From positions 244,520-308,519 of the forward strand of contig CAWFCS010000033.1 of assembly GCA_963814395.1 (NCBI GenBank): DNA of 64,000 bases. The letters run 5' to 3'. The position numbers and the translations under genes were made by a program. The notes beneath the pieces are model-generated. The model saw nothing but the letters and a program-made list of their open reading frames with translations, made no database searches and had not been told where the DNA came from. Below, one piece after another: positions 10,480 to 22,046 of the stretch. The first letter of the stretch is position 1; each line of letters begins with the position of its first letter. The stretch is from an uncultured Acidobacteriota bacterium (lineage in GTDB: Bacteria > Acidobacteriota > Vicinamibacteria > Vicinamibacterales > UBA2999).

Positions 10480-13142
10480 TCAGCGCTTCAGGCGCGTCAG
10501 CCAGCTCGTCACGATCGACACCGGGCGGCCGGTATCGGTGGACGTGCTGACGAGCACCCGGCTGCCGTCGGGCACCACGGCATAGGAGTCGCCCTGGCTC
10601 GCCGACTCCCATTCCGTGATGCGCGTGTCCATCAGGGCCTGCGGCGCGGACAGAACGAGGGCGTTGCCGTCGACCCGCGCGTCCACGACCATGAGCTTGC
10701 GATCCGGGGTGATGAAATACAACTGGCGGCCGTTGGCGCTCCACTGCGGTTGCACGCCCCCACCCCTCGACACCAGCCACTTCGCGCCGCCGCCGGCCAT
10801 CGCCTGCACGTAGATCTCGAAGCGGCCGCTGCTGTTGGAGCAGTAGGCGAGCCAGCGGCCATCCGGCGACAGGCTGGCGTTTCGTTCCTCGGCCGTGGTC
10901 GCGACGAGCGGCTGCGATTGGCCGCTGCCGAGCGACAGCGAGGCCACGTCCCAGCCGGTGCCCGGCGTGAGCACGGAGTAGATGAGCTGCGAGCCGTCGC
11001 GCGACCAGTCGGTGGGGATCTTCGGCATGGGCGATTCGAGCAGCGACACGATCTGGCCGGGCGCCGAGAAACTCAGCCGGAACAGGTTGGGGCTGGTCGG
11101 CTTGAGCGACGCCAGCGCGATGTCGCCGCTGTTCGGCGCGCACACGGGATAGAACTCCACCGGCCCCACGAAGCTCAGCTGCGTCGTGGCCGCGGTGGCG
11201 AGATCCATCGTCCACATGTCGATGTTGCCGCTGATGGCGTCGGCTTGGTCGTAGACGACCCGGCGACCGTCCGGGGTCATGCACAACACGTTGAACTCGC
11301 CGGGTGCCCCCACGGCCGCCAGTCGCGCCCCGGAGCGGCTGAACCAGACCAGCTCCGCTCCAGGCGCCGCGTCGCGGTACGCGACCACGCCGGCGTTCGA
11401 GGCGGAGAACAGCGCCTGATAGGTGACCGGGTTCAAGCCGACATTCTCCGCAACGGCCACGGGTTCGCCGCTCAGTTGCAGGGTGTCGGCATCGAAGGGT
11501 TGCGCGAACAGCGTCGTGTCCCGCCGGAACAGCAAGTGGCCCGAGGCGTAGACGCCGCTGGAGTTGGTGGCGACGAGCCGGCGTGTCTCGGGACCATCGA
11601 GAGAGCCGAGCACAAGACTTTCGACCAGCCGGTTCTCGGTGCCCAACTCGGTGAAGATGTAGTGCCGCCCATCGGGAAGAAACGACGGGAAGCCGATTGC
11701 CCCGGGTTTGGCTTGCGTCTGAACGGGGGTGGGTTCGCCGCCGCTGGCGGAGACGAAGACCATCGGCGCCGTGGGGCGCTGCGAGAACAGAATCAGGTTG
11801 TCCTTGCTCCAGGCCGCGCCCCGCGGCAATCCCGAGCGCGCCAGCACCGTCGGCGTGCCGCCGGCGATGGCCACCGTCTTGAGCTGGCCCTCCGCAAAGA
11901 AGCCGAGCATCCGGCTGTCGGGCGACCAGAACGGCTGCGTGCCATTCTCCGTGCCCGGCAGGAAGCGCGGCGTGGCCGTGTCGAGGCTGCGCAGATAGAG
12001 GCCTCGCGTGCCGGCGCGATCGGTCGACGACGAACGCCAGGTGCCGGCCGTCGGGCGAGACCTGCGGGCGCTTCGCCGCGCACGAACGTCGAGTCCGGCG
12101 GCGGCATGATCGACAGCAGACGAGCGCTGGGCGATTCGGGCTCTCGGCGTACGCGTCGTGAGCAGGCCGCCCAGCGCCGACGGACGTGACCAGGCCCACC
12201 ACCGCGAGCGCCCAGGCCAGCCGCGCGCCACGGCGCGGCGCCGGCGCGGGGGCAGCGGCGCCGCATGACTGCTGCCGGAAGTCGCCCGCCGCCAGCCCCT
12301 TCAATTGCAGCAGCACGTCGCGCGCCGACGACCAGCGGTCGTCGCGATCCTTCGGCCAGGCACACCGAGACGATGCCGTTCCAGCGCGCGTGGCGTGCCG
12401 GGCACGAGCCTGTGACAGGCGGCGCCGGCTCGAGCGTGCAGAATCGCGCCGATGATCGATGGCCTGGCTCGTGCCCGCGAAGGCCCGCTGACCGGTGATC
12501 ATCTCGTGCACCATCGCGCCGAACGCGAAGATGTCGGCCCGCGCGTCGATGTCGCCGCCCTGCAGCTGTTCGGGCGCCATGTACGGCAAGCGTGCCGAGC
12601 AATCTCGCCCTTGGGAGCGTCAGCGCGGTGGCCGTCGGGTCGCGTCCGCCGCGTCGCTGGGTCGCCACCTTGGCCAGCCCGAAGTCGAGCAGCTTCGGCG
12701 CCGCCCGTGCGTGTGAGCATCACGTTGGCCGGCTTCAGGTCTCGGTGCACGATGCCCGGCGCGATGCGCGCAGGCCGAGGCCTTCGGCGATCTGCACCGC
12801 GCAGGTCGTCGCCTCGGGCAACGACATCGGTCCCTGGGCCAGCCGGGCGGCCAGCGTGACGCCGTCGAGCTTCTCCATGACCAGGAACATGGCCCCGTCC
12901 TGCTGGCCGACGTCGAACACGGTACAGATATGCGGATGCGTGAGTGACGCGATGGTCGCGGCCTCGCGTTCGAAGCGCGCCCGGCGGCCGGCGTCGTCGC
13001 TGAACGCCCGCGGCAGCACCTTGATGGCCACCGTGCGGTCGAGCCGCGTATCGCGCGCCGCATACACCTCGCCCATCCCGCCGGCGCCGAGTGGGCGCAC
13101 GACCTCGTAGGGGCCGAGACGTGTTCCAGACGGAAGGGCCAT
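10480..13142 (-). CDS. Hanks-type Ser/Thr kinase with TM helix and C-terminal TolB/PD40 propeller; several frameshifts
   Basis: [31 protein letters not shown] and DIFAFG are spread over different frames; repeated [14 protein letters not shown] units in ORF 10480..12231. Confidence 0.88.
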
Positions 13143-13193
13143 GGGGCGGAGCGATTATACGTGCCGCGTCCTCGCCCCCGACGGTCCACTGCA

Positions 13194-13218
13194 CCTCGTC
13201 TCAGCCCCTCGTCTCAGC
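13194..13218 (+). repeat. 12-bp direct repeat CCTCGTCTCAGC x2 (13-bp period) abutting a -10 element
   Basis: Copies at 13194-13205 and 13207-13218, then TATGCT at 13219-13224 and ATG at 13231. Confidence 0.6.
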
Positions 13219-13230
13219 TATGCTCGTCAC

Positions 13231-15341
13231 ATGAGCGACCCCGCCCTCGATGTGCGCGTCGTGAAGGGCGCGTGCCCGCACGACTGCCCCGATACCTGCG
13301 CGCTCGAAACCACCGTGCAGAACGGCGTGGCCATCAAGGTGGCCGGCTCGAAATCGCACCCCTTCACCGATGGCGCGCTGTGCGCCAAGGTGTCGCGCTA
13401 CCTCGACCGCACCTACGCCCCCGACCGCGTGGTGTATCCGCATCGCCGCGTCGGCGGCAAGGGCCCCGGCCAGGGCACGTGGGAGCGCATCACGTGGGAC
13501 GAGGCGCTCGCGACCATCGCCACGAAGTTCCAGGCCATCATCGACTCGCCGGATGGGCCCGAAGCGATCTGCCCCTACAGCTACGCGGGCACCATGGGCC
13601 TGCTCAACTTCGCGGGCATGGACCGCCGGTTCTTCCTCCATCTCGGCGCGTCGCTGCTCGATCGCACGTTGTGCTCGTCGGCCGGCAAGGTGGGCATCAA
13701 GATCTCGCTCGGCGGCGGCGTGGGCATGGATCCGGAGCGCGTGGAGGAATCGCGGCTGATCCTGATCTGGGGTTCGAATCCCATCACCTCGAACCTGCAC
13801 TACTGGTCGCGCGTGCAGGAGGCCAAGCGGCGGGGCGCGCGCGTGGTGGTGATCGATCCCTACCGCAGCCTCACCGCCGAGAAGGGCACCGACCACATCC
13901 CCGTGCGGCCCGGTACCGACGCCGCGTTGGCGCTGGCGATGATGCACGTGATCATCAACGAGGGCTTGCACGACGCCGACTACGTGGCGCGCTTCACCGT
14001 GGGCTTCGACGCGCTGCGTGAGCGGGTGCAGCAGTATCCCCCCGAGCGCGCCGCGGACATCTGCGGTATTCCGGCCGACACGATCGTGCGGCTCGCGCGC
14101 GACTACGCCACCACGCGTCCGGCCGCGATTCGCGTGAACTACGGCCTGCAGCGGCACCGCGGCGGCGGCGCGGCCGTGCGCGCCATCACCTGCCTGCCGG
14201 CGCTCGTCGGCGCGTGGCGTGAGCCGGGCGGCGGCGTGCTGCTCAGCACCGGCGACTTCTACGGCATGAACCACGCGCGCCCTCGAGCGCCAGGATCTGC
14301 TGGCCGGACGCCGCCCGCGCACCATCAACACCAGTTCGATCGGCGACGCGCTGCTCGAGGCGCAGCCGCCCATCAAGGCGCTCTTCGTCTACAACTCGAA
14401 CCCGGTCACCATCGCGCCCGATTCCGAGAAGGTCGTGCGCGGCTTCTCGCGCCCCGACCTGTTCACCGTCGTGCACGACGTGTTCTTCACCGACACCGCC
14501 GACTACGCCGACATCTTCCTGCCGGCCACGACCCAGCTCGAGTGCCTCGACATCCACAAGTCGTACGGGCATCTCTACGTGCTGCTCAATCAGCCGGCGA
14601 TTGCGCCAGTGGGCGAGGCGTTGCCGAACACCGAAGTGTTCCGCCGCCTGGCTCGGGCGATGGGCCTCACCGAGCCGGCGCTCTTCGAATCCGACGAGGT
14701 GATGGTGGCGCAGGCGCTGCAGTCCACGCATCCGCGCATGCAGGGCATCACGCTCGAGCACCTGAAGGAACACGGCTGGCAGCGGCTCAACGTGCCGGCG
14801 ATCTACGCGCCGTTTGCCGAGGGCGGCTTCCCGACGCCGTCGGGCAAGTGCGAGTTCTACAGCGACACGGCCAAGGCCATGGGCCTCGACCCGCTGCCCA
14901 CGTTCACCCCGCCGGTCGAATCCGCTGCAGAGCGCGCCGGAGCGGGCCAAGACCTATCCGCTGGCGATCATCTCGCCGCCGCAGCGCCACCTGCTCAACT
15001 CGTCGTTTGCCAACCTGCCGCTCTTCCTCGACAGCGAGAAGGAGCCGCACCTCGACATCCATCCCGACGACGCGGCGCCGCGCGGTATCAAGGAAGGCGA
15101 CTGGGTGCGCATCTACAACGACCGCGGCGCGTTCGGGGCCCGCGCGCGGGTCACCGACAAGGCGCGTGTGGGCTGCGTGGTGGCGGTGTCGCTGTGGTGG
15201 CGCAAGCTCACGCCCGACGGCAAGAACGCCAATCAGGTGACATCGCAGCGGCTGGCCGACATGGGCAACGCCGCGACCTTCTACGACGCGCTCGTGGAGG
15301 TGGCTCCCGCGCCGGAACCCCCGCCGCAACACATCGCCTAG
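13231..15341 (+). CDS. Molybdopterin (DMSO-reductase family) oxidoreductase with N-terminal [4Fe-4S]; frameshifts near 14280 and 14930
   Basis: CPHDCPDTC...LCAK, WERITWDEAL, YSYAGTMG, IWGSNP, TDTADYADIFLPA, FPTPSGKCEF and a C-terminal HPDDAA.RGI..GD.V binding domain. No Tat signal. Confidence 0.88.
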
Positions 15342-15911
15342 TCGGACGTATTGGAGGTGACCTCGACGCCCACGGCGTTGGCCACGAGCGTGGCGGTGGC
15401 TCGCGCCTGCGCCTTGCCCGGGGCGTCGCTGACCACCACTTCTGACCCGTCGCGCATCACGAGGGCCACGGGAAAGGTGACCACTTGCTTTCGGGGATGG
15501 TCCCGAGTCACGGCCACCCGTGCCACGTCGGCAAACGCGTAGCGCCGCCGGCGCGTGTAGATGCGGTCGTTGCGCACGGCGGTGAGATGCCGCTGGGTCA
15601 AGTCGAACACCGTCGATCGCCGGCGCAGCAACAGCACCCAGGCGAAGGCGCACGGCACTACGCCGGCCAGGGTGTTGAAGGCGAGGTCACGGACGAGGTT
15701 CGGCCATTCCTCTGGCGTGGCCACCGCGCCGGCCTCGCGCCAGATGCCCACCACGTGGTCCAGCGGGAAACAGGCCAGGAACAGCAGCACCGCGGCCAGC
15801 ATGTCCGCGTGCGAACGTGAACAGCTTGCGCTCGATCACGAGCTGGCCGGGCACGTCCCGGCGCACCACGACGCCCGAGGCCTGCGGTGTCCGCACCCGT
15901 CCGCCCGCCAT
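15338..15911 (-). CDS. Hypothetical membrane protein; probable frameshift near 15805
   Basis: ATG overlaps the upstream stop (TAATG at 15913-15909); two hydrophobic helices in ORF 15338..15802. Confidence 0.55.
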
Positions 15912-17105
15912 TACGGCGCCGGCTCGATGCGGATCACCGCGCCGTCGTCTTCCTCGGTGAGCAGGTAGATCAGGCCGTCGACTCCCTGGCGCACGTCGCG
16001 CACGCGCTGATGGAAGTCTTCGAGGATGGTCTCGCGCCGCAGCTCCCACAGCTTCTCGTTGAAGGCCACGCGCTGCAGCCCGCCGGTGCCCGGGATGCGG
16101 CCGCGCTGAATGCTGCCCACGAACAGATTGCCCTTCCACTCGGGAAACCGGTCGCCGGTGTAGAAGAGCAGCCCCGACGGCGTGATGCCCGGGTTCCACG
16201 TGATCCACGAGTCCGCCATCGCCGCGGTGGGCAGCGGCATGGGCGAGCCGTCGTTGTCGCGGCCGTAGCCGTGCGTGGGCCAGCCGTAGTTGCCGCCCGG
16301 CTTCAGGAAGTTGATCTTGTCGCCGCCGAGCGGGCCGAGTTCGGCCTCGACGATCTGCCCGGTGGGCGGATAGACCGCGATGCCGTGATGATCGCGGTGC
16401 CCGATGCGTGAAGATCTCGGGCCGGCTGCCGGCCGTGCCCACGAACGGATTGTCGGCCGGCACCGTGCCGTCGTCTTTCAGGCGCAGCACCTTGCCGAAG
16501 ATGGTGGTGGTGGCTTGCGCATCGGGCAGGCGTCCGGCGCCGCCCACCGTGATGTAGAGCAAGCCGTCGGCACCGAACGTCATGCGCGAGCCGCCAGTCT
16601 GCACGGCGTTGCCGGCGTAGAGCTCCTGCACGTTCGAGAACCCTGCGCCGTCGTAGCGGCCGCGCGCCAGGGCAAGCGTGAAGGTCGTGGCGTCGAGCGC
16701 CTTGTGATACGTGAAGTAGACCCAGCGGTTGTCGGCGAAGCGCGGATGCAGGGCCAGGTCGAGCATGCCGGTGGTGCGGCTCAGGCGCATGGCCGGCAGG
16801 CCGGCCAGCGGCGCCGGGTCGAGCACGCCGCTACGGATGGCCCGCACCTGGCCGGTGGACCGCACGCTCACCAGGAAGTCGCCGTTCGGCAGCGGCAGCA
16901 GGCTCCACGGCCGCTCGATGCCGTGGGCCACCACACTCACCCGCACCTTCTGCCGGAACAGCTCGTAGACCCGCGGCTCGGTGGGCAGCGGAAACCTGGG
17001 ACTGCCCGGCGCTGGGGGGCGCGGCTGCGCGAGCACCACGAACGAGCAGGCGGCCACGCTCGCGACGACGAGCGCACCGAGACGAGCAACAGAAGACGTC
17101 AGCAC
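15911..17105 (-). CDS. PQQ-dependent aldose sugar dehydrogenase (GSDH/YliI-like); frameshift near 16405
   Basis: Signal peptide; PWSL, LDLALHPRF, GKVLRL..DG.VPADNPF, NYGWP, ITPSGL.FY.GD.FPEW.G, RVRDVRQG.DG.IY. Confidence 0.88.
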
Positions 17106-17128
17106 CCGCCCATTCTAGGCGGTGCGGG

Positions 17129-18277
17129 CTACTTCCGCGCGGTCGCCGCGGCGGCGGGTGCGGCGGGCACGATCACGAACGTGCCGTACATCATGTCGGA
17201 GTCGAGCACGATCGTGCGGAGGCGCGTGGACGCATCGGCGGAGTAGACCTCGATGGTGCGGCCGGCCTCGTAGATGTAGCTGAGGCCGCTCGAGCTCGGC
17301 CGCATCTGCATGCGCGTGCGGGTCGGCACCTCGATGCGGCTCTGCACCCGCCGTTCGGCCAGGTTGATGGTCCACAACTCGTGGCGGCCGATCTCGGCGA
17401 GCAGCAGGTGCGCGCGCGCCCGGTCGGGCCCCACCGTGAAGCTCATGCTGTCGGCTGTGGGCACGGGCCCGATCGGAAAGGTGTCGACGGTCTTGGCGGC
17501 CAGGTCGATCTGTCCCACCACGAGCAGCTTGCGGCGCATCACCGCGTCGCTCATCGTGAACAGGCTGGTGGCGGTGCCGCGCGCATCGGCGGAGTCGTCC
17601 CAGGGACCGGGATCGAAGCGGCCCATGGCGGCCTCGGCTGGCAGCGACAGGTCCCAGCTGTCGACCTGTTCCATCGTGGCGGCATCGAAGATGTCGACCT
17701 GATTACCGAACACGTAGAGCAGCTTGCCGTCGGGCGAGAAGCGCAGCGCCACCGAGAAGTGCGTCGGCTCCGGGTCGATCGGCCACGGCACGGTGCGCGT
17801 CACCTTGTGCGCCGCCAGGTCGTAGAGGATGAACTCCGGCGCGCCGATCTCCCAGCGGTCGACCAGGCGGGTCGCCACCTTCGCCACGATCACCATGGTG
17901 CGGTGCTGCGGGTCGACCTCGTAAGCGAGTGCCCGCACGTGGCGGCGCGCGTCGCTCAGGGTGAAGCTGTCGAGGCTCTTGCGGCCGCGCACGTCGACCA
18001 CCTCGAAGCGCTCCTGGTTGGCGCTCTGCACGTAGAAGCGCGAGCGATCGGGCGAAAGCCGCACCGCAGATGGCGCGCCGGTCGTGAGCGGGATCTTCGT
18101 GAACGTCTCGGTGGCTTCGTCCACGGCCGTGAGGTGGCCGGAGTAGGAGCCCACGAAGATCGTGCCGGTGCCGGCCGACGGCGTGGGACGGGTTTGCGCC
18201 GTGAGACTGACGGCGGTCAGACCGAGCATCGCCACGAAGGACGCGACCACACGAGTCATGGGCCGGGATTCTGTCAT
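17129..18277 (-). CDS. Secreted seven-bladed beta-propeller resembling the quinohemoprotein amine dehydrogenase beta subunit / YncE family
   Basis: ATGA overlap with the upstream gene; signal peptide; LSPDRSRFYV, FSPDGKLLYVFG; segment order resembles QhpB as I recall it. Confidence 0.65.
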   Translation of the reverse strand: MTESRPMTRVVASFVAMLGLTAVSLTAQTRPTPSAGTGTIFVGSYSGHLTAVDEATETFTKIPLTTGAPSAVRLSPDRSRFYVQSANQERFEVVDVRGRKSLDSFTLSDARRHVRALAYEVDPQHRTMVIVAKVATRLVDRWEIGAPEFILYDLAAHKVTRTVPWPIDPEPTHFSVALRFSPDGKLLYVFGNQVDIFDAATMEQVDSWDLSLPAEAAMGRFDPGPWDDSADARGTATSLFTMSDAVMRRKLLVVGQIDLAAKTVDTFPIGPVPTADSMSFTVGPDRARAHLLLAEIGRHELWTINLAERRVQSRIEVPTRTRMQMRPSSSGLSYIYEAGRTIEVYSADASTRLRTIVLDSDMMYGTFVIVPAAPAAAATARK

Positions 18278-19239
18278 GGAACCTTGTCGCTGGCGCGTCG
18301 GGATCGCCAACGCTGCTCCAGCGCCGGCACGAGCACGCCGCCGATATTGGCCAGATTCAGATCTGGCAGCGGTGGGCGCTCGGCGCCTGGCCGAATCGAC
18401 CCGACCGCCGTGCGGCACACCCGGCCGAACGCCCGCAGCCGGTCGCCCACGGTGTAGCGCGTCTGCCGCCCGGTGGCCCGCACGAGCATCAGCGTAAGAT
18501 CGTCGGCCGCCAGGTTGTCGGGGTAGCGGTCGCCAATCTCACCAAGCAGCGCCGCGATGAGCGTGGACGGCTCGAGGTGGCCCAAGAGGCCCAGGATCTT
18601 GTGCACGCCGGCCTCGCCGAGCATCTCGCCGTCGGCATCCTGGGCCTCGATGAGCCCGTCGGTGTAGGCCAGCACGCAGTCGCCGTCCTGCAGTTCCACG
18701 TCGCTCGCGTCGTAGTCGGCGATGCCGAGAATGCCGAGCGGCAGGTTGCGTGGACCGGCCGCCCGCGATCCGTCGTGGCTGCTCAGGAAGCGCCATTCGC
18801 GCCGCGCGGCGCTGTAGATGAGCGGCCGCGGATGGCCGGCGTTGCAGACGGTAAGGCGGCGCGTGGGCGCGAAGTAGGTGGCGACGATGGCCGTGGCGAA
18901 CGCCGCCTGCGCCTGTAGTTCCACGAACTGCCGATTCAGCTGCCGCACGAGCTCGGTCTGGTCGAGGCAATTCACGAACCGGCGCATCAGCAGCCGCAGG
19001 TCGGCGGCCGTGCCCGCCACCACCTGCCCGTGCCCGGCCACATCGGCCACCATCAGCCGCGCGATCCGCCCCGTGGCGCAGCTCGAGGCGTAGACCACGT
19101 CGCCGCCCCGATGGGCGCCTTGATAGGGTTTGCTGTAGATCCACGCATCCAGCCCGCCGAACTCGGTGGCATGGTCGGCCAGATGACTGCCGCCCCACAC
19201 CTCCATGCAGGCCATCTGCTGCTGCCGCCCCGTCTCCAT
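18274..19239 (-). CDS. Stand-alone PP2C/SpoIIE-family Ser/Thr phosphatase
   Basis: GGDVVY, ADVAGHG, NAGHPRPL, LPLGI, YTDGLIEA, DDLT. TAGTAT lies 7 nt before the ATG. Confidence 0.9.
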   Translation of the reverse strand: METGRQQQMACMEVWGGSHLADHATEFGGLDAWIYSKPYQGAHRGGDVVYASSCATGRIARLMVADVAGHGQVVAGTAADLRLLMRRFVNCLDQTELVRQLNRQFVELQAQAAFATAIVATYFAPTRRLTVCNAGHPRPLIYSAARREWRFLSSHDGSRAAGPRNLPLGILGIADYDASDVELQDGDCVLAYTDGLIEAQDADGEMLGEAGVHKILGLLGHLEPSTLIAALLGEIGDRYPDNLAADDLTLMLVRATGRQTRYTVGDRLRAFGRVCRTAVGSIRPGAERPPLPDLNLANIGGVLVPALEQRWRSRRASDKVP

Positions 19240-19293
19240 CCCGCCTATACTACGGCCCCTGACGCAGGCTGGATGGGTGAACCGGAGGCGTTG

Positions 19294-19740
19294 ATGCATC
19301 GCATGTTCGGCATGCTCGTAACCGCCATGGCCGTGGCCGGAGGCGCACTGACGATGGCCCATGATCAGACCACCGGCCCGGCCGACGACCACGCGCAGCT
19401 GGCGTCACTGAACGACGACTACGTGCGGTCGGTGCTCACCTCCGACACGGCCCGCTTCGAGCAGATCCTGGCGGCGGATTTCCGGAACACCGGCGCCGAC
19501 GGCACGATCGCCAATCGGCGCGAGTTCCTCGCCCAGATCGCCAAGCCCTCGAATCTCACCAGCCTGCGCTGTGAAGACGTGGAGATTCGCCTCTTCGGCG
19601 ACACCGCCGTCATTCATGCCCGCACCGAATACGTGATGAGCGACGGCCGGCCCGGCAGCGGCCGCTACACCGACATCTGGCGCAAGCAGGATGGCCGGTG
19701 GCTGGCGGTGGCTGCGCACGTGACGCGCCTGGTGCGCTGA
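19294..19740 (+). CDS. Exported NTF2-like (DUF4440) protein
   Basis: GGAGG RBS; signal peptide; EIRLFGDTAVI, RYTDIWRKQDGRW.AVAAH. Confidence 0.8.
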   Translation: MHRMFGMLVTAMAVAGGALTMAHDQTTGPADDHAQLASLNDDYVRSVLTSDTARFEQILAADFRNTGADGTIANRREFLAQIAKPSNLTSLRCEDVEIRLFGDTAVIHARTEYVMSDGRPGSGRYTDIWRKQDGRWLAVAAHVTRLVR

Positions 19741-19835
19741 CCCGGCTCGGCCGGCCCTGGGCCGGCAAGGCACCTCGGCGCGCCGTGGTCCCCTTTCCGT
19801 GCCCCTGCCGCGTATGTGGGTGAGGAGCTGCCCAC

Positions 19836-21311
19836 ATGCGTCTGCTTGCACGCGCGTTCGCCACGATGGCCGTGGCCACTCTGCTGTTGGCGCCAGGGCG
19901 GGCCGGCGCTCAGACGACGGTGCCGAGTGCGCCGCTGAACCTGGCGGCCAGCATCACCAACGACGTGCTGCTCGTGACGTGGGACGCCCCGGCCACGGGC
20001 GCGCCGATCCTGGCTACGTGCTGCAGGTGGGCGGGCGAGGGTCTGGGGAGCGGTGTTGCGATTCCCACCACGGCCCCGTCGTTCACGCTCGCCCATGCCC
20101 GGCGGCTACGCTCCCATCCTCACTTTTTCGGTGAGTGCGGTGAACATCGTGGGCCAGGGACCGGCCAGCGCCACCGTCGGCGTTGGCGCCGGGCTCGCAG
20201 GTGGTGCCGAGCGCGCCGCTGAACCTCGCGGCCAGCGTGGCCAACGAAGTGCTGACCATCACCTGGGACGCGCCGCTCATTGGCACGCCGATCGCCTCGT
20301 ACACGCTCTTCGCGGCCGGGACGGGCCTGGGGGGCGGCGTGCAGCTCCCCACCGTGGCCACGTCGTACTCCACGCCGTTTCCGAACGGCGTCATCGGCAC
20401 GTTCACCTTTGCCGTGAGCGCGGCGAACGTCGTGGGGCAAGGCCCGCTCAGCCCCGCGGTGAGCATCAGCATTGGCCCGACCTCGGTGCCGGTCGCCCCG
20501 CAGAACTCAGGGGCGGCGTCACCAACGACGTGCTGACGCTCACGTGGGACGCGCCCGCGCGGGGCGGGCCCATCGTGTCCTACGTGCTGAGCGTCGGCGG
20601 CAGCTTCTTGGGAGCCCGGCTTCCCCTGCCCTCGGCCGCCACCTCCTACAGCACCCCGCTACCGAACACGTACGTGGGCACGTTTGGGGTCACGGTGAGC
20701 GCGGTGAACCAACTTGGCGAAGGGCCGCCCAGCGCGGTGTTCATGCTGATCCTCGGACCCACGGCCGTGCCCGATCCGCCCCGCAATCTCACCGCGCAGG
20801 TCGTCGGCAACCTGCTCACCGTGGCATGGCAGCCGCCGGTGTCAGGCGCGCTGTCGTACGTGCTGCGTGCCACCGGCTCGAGCTTCCAAGGCGTGTGGAC
20901 ACTGCCGACCGAGTCGACATTCTTCACGGCTCCCGCCGGCCAGATGGCGCCGGGCAACTACGCCTTCACCGTCAGCGCCGTGAACACGCTCGGCGAAAGC
21001 GCCGCCACGGCGCCCGCCACCGTCACCATCGGGCCCCCGTGTCCCGTGCCGTCGGCGCCCACGCTGAGCGCGTCGCGCAACGGCAACGTGGTGTCGTTCT
21101 CGTGGACCACGCCCACCGTAGGCGTCGTGCGCAGCTACACGGCGCTCGTGTCTACCCCGGCGGTGGCGCCAATCAGGTGGCCGCCGACGTGGGCCTGGTG
21201 ACCGCCATCTCCGGGCCGGTCGCGAGCGGCACCTACTTCGTGCAGGTGCTGGCGCAGTCGGTGTGCGGCCCCGGCGCGGCGTCGAATCAAGTGCGGGTCG
21301 ATGTGCCCTGA
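19836..21311 (+). CDS. Secreted protein with about five fibronectin type III repeats; several frameshifts
   Basis: Signal peptide; repeated PSAPLNL.A...L..TWDAP...Y...VSAVN..G.GP units across frames; near-identical DNA at ~19920 and ~20204. Confidence 0.8.
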
Positions 21312-21315
21312 GCGC

Positions 21316-22040
21316 CTACTTCGAGGCGTCCTTCAGAAACCGCTCGATGACGGTCTGATGACCGGCGTACTCCGGCCGTTGCGCCGCCGTTTCGGTCGGA
21401 TACACCTGCAGGAACTCGCGCTGCACCGCGGCGAGCGCTGCGCTGATCGCCGTTCACCTCGGCGATTCGGCCCTTCAACAGCAGGCCGAAGAGATGGCCA
21501 GGTCGTTCGGTGGCGATCGACTCGGCCAGGGTCATGGCGCCGGCGCGGTCGCCCGAGGCGATGCGGATGAGGCCGGCGTGGAAGCGGGCATCGACGTCGG
21601 GCGAGACCAGCTGGTCGTAGGCCGCCAGGGCCATGGGCGAGAACGTCTTGACGGTGGCGGTGTCGGCGCCCTCGCTGGCCCGCATGACGCGGTCGAACAG
21701 GCGATCGAACCGCTCCACCGGGGTCATCGCGCTCAAGTCGGCTGGGGTGCTCCCCGGCCCCGACCCGAGATCGCCCGCACCGGGCGACAGCGCCGGCGTC
21801 GGACCGGTCGAGGCCGCCGGGGCCGGCCGAGCGGGTTGCGGCCGGCCCCCTGCGGGTGAGGGCAATCGCAGCGACCAGCGCAAGCAGCAACACGACCACC
21901 ACGGCGTAGGGCCACCACTCGGCTCGAGCTGCCCCGGCGGCCGTCGTCGCTGCGCCCGAGGCCGCGCCTCCGCACTCACTGCAGAACGGCCCGTGAAGGG
22001 TGGCGCCACAGGAGGGGCAATAGCGCACGGCCTTGGTCAT
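21316..22040 (-). CDS. Double zinc-ribbon + TM + TPR-like protein; last gene of the cytochrome operon; frameshifted
   Basis: CPSCG...FCSECG; hydrophobic segment; helical PVERFDRLFDRVMRA...DARFHAGLI region. Rebuilt C-terminus ...IERFLKDASK* ends at 21316. Starts 6 nt after the upstream stop. Confidence 0.7.
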
Positions 22041-22046
22041 GAACCC

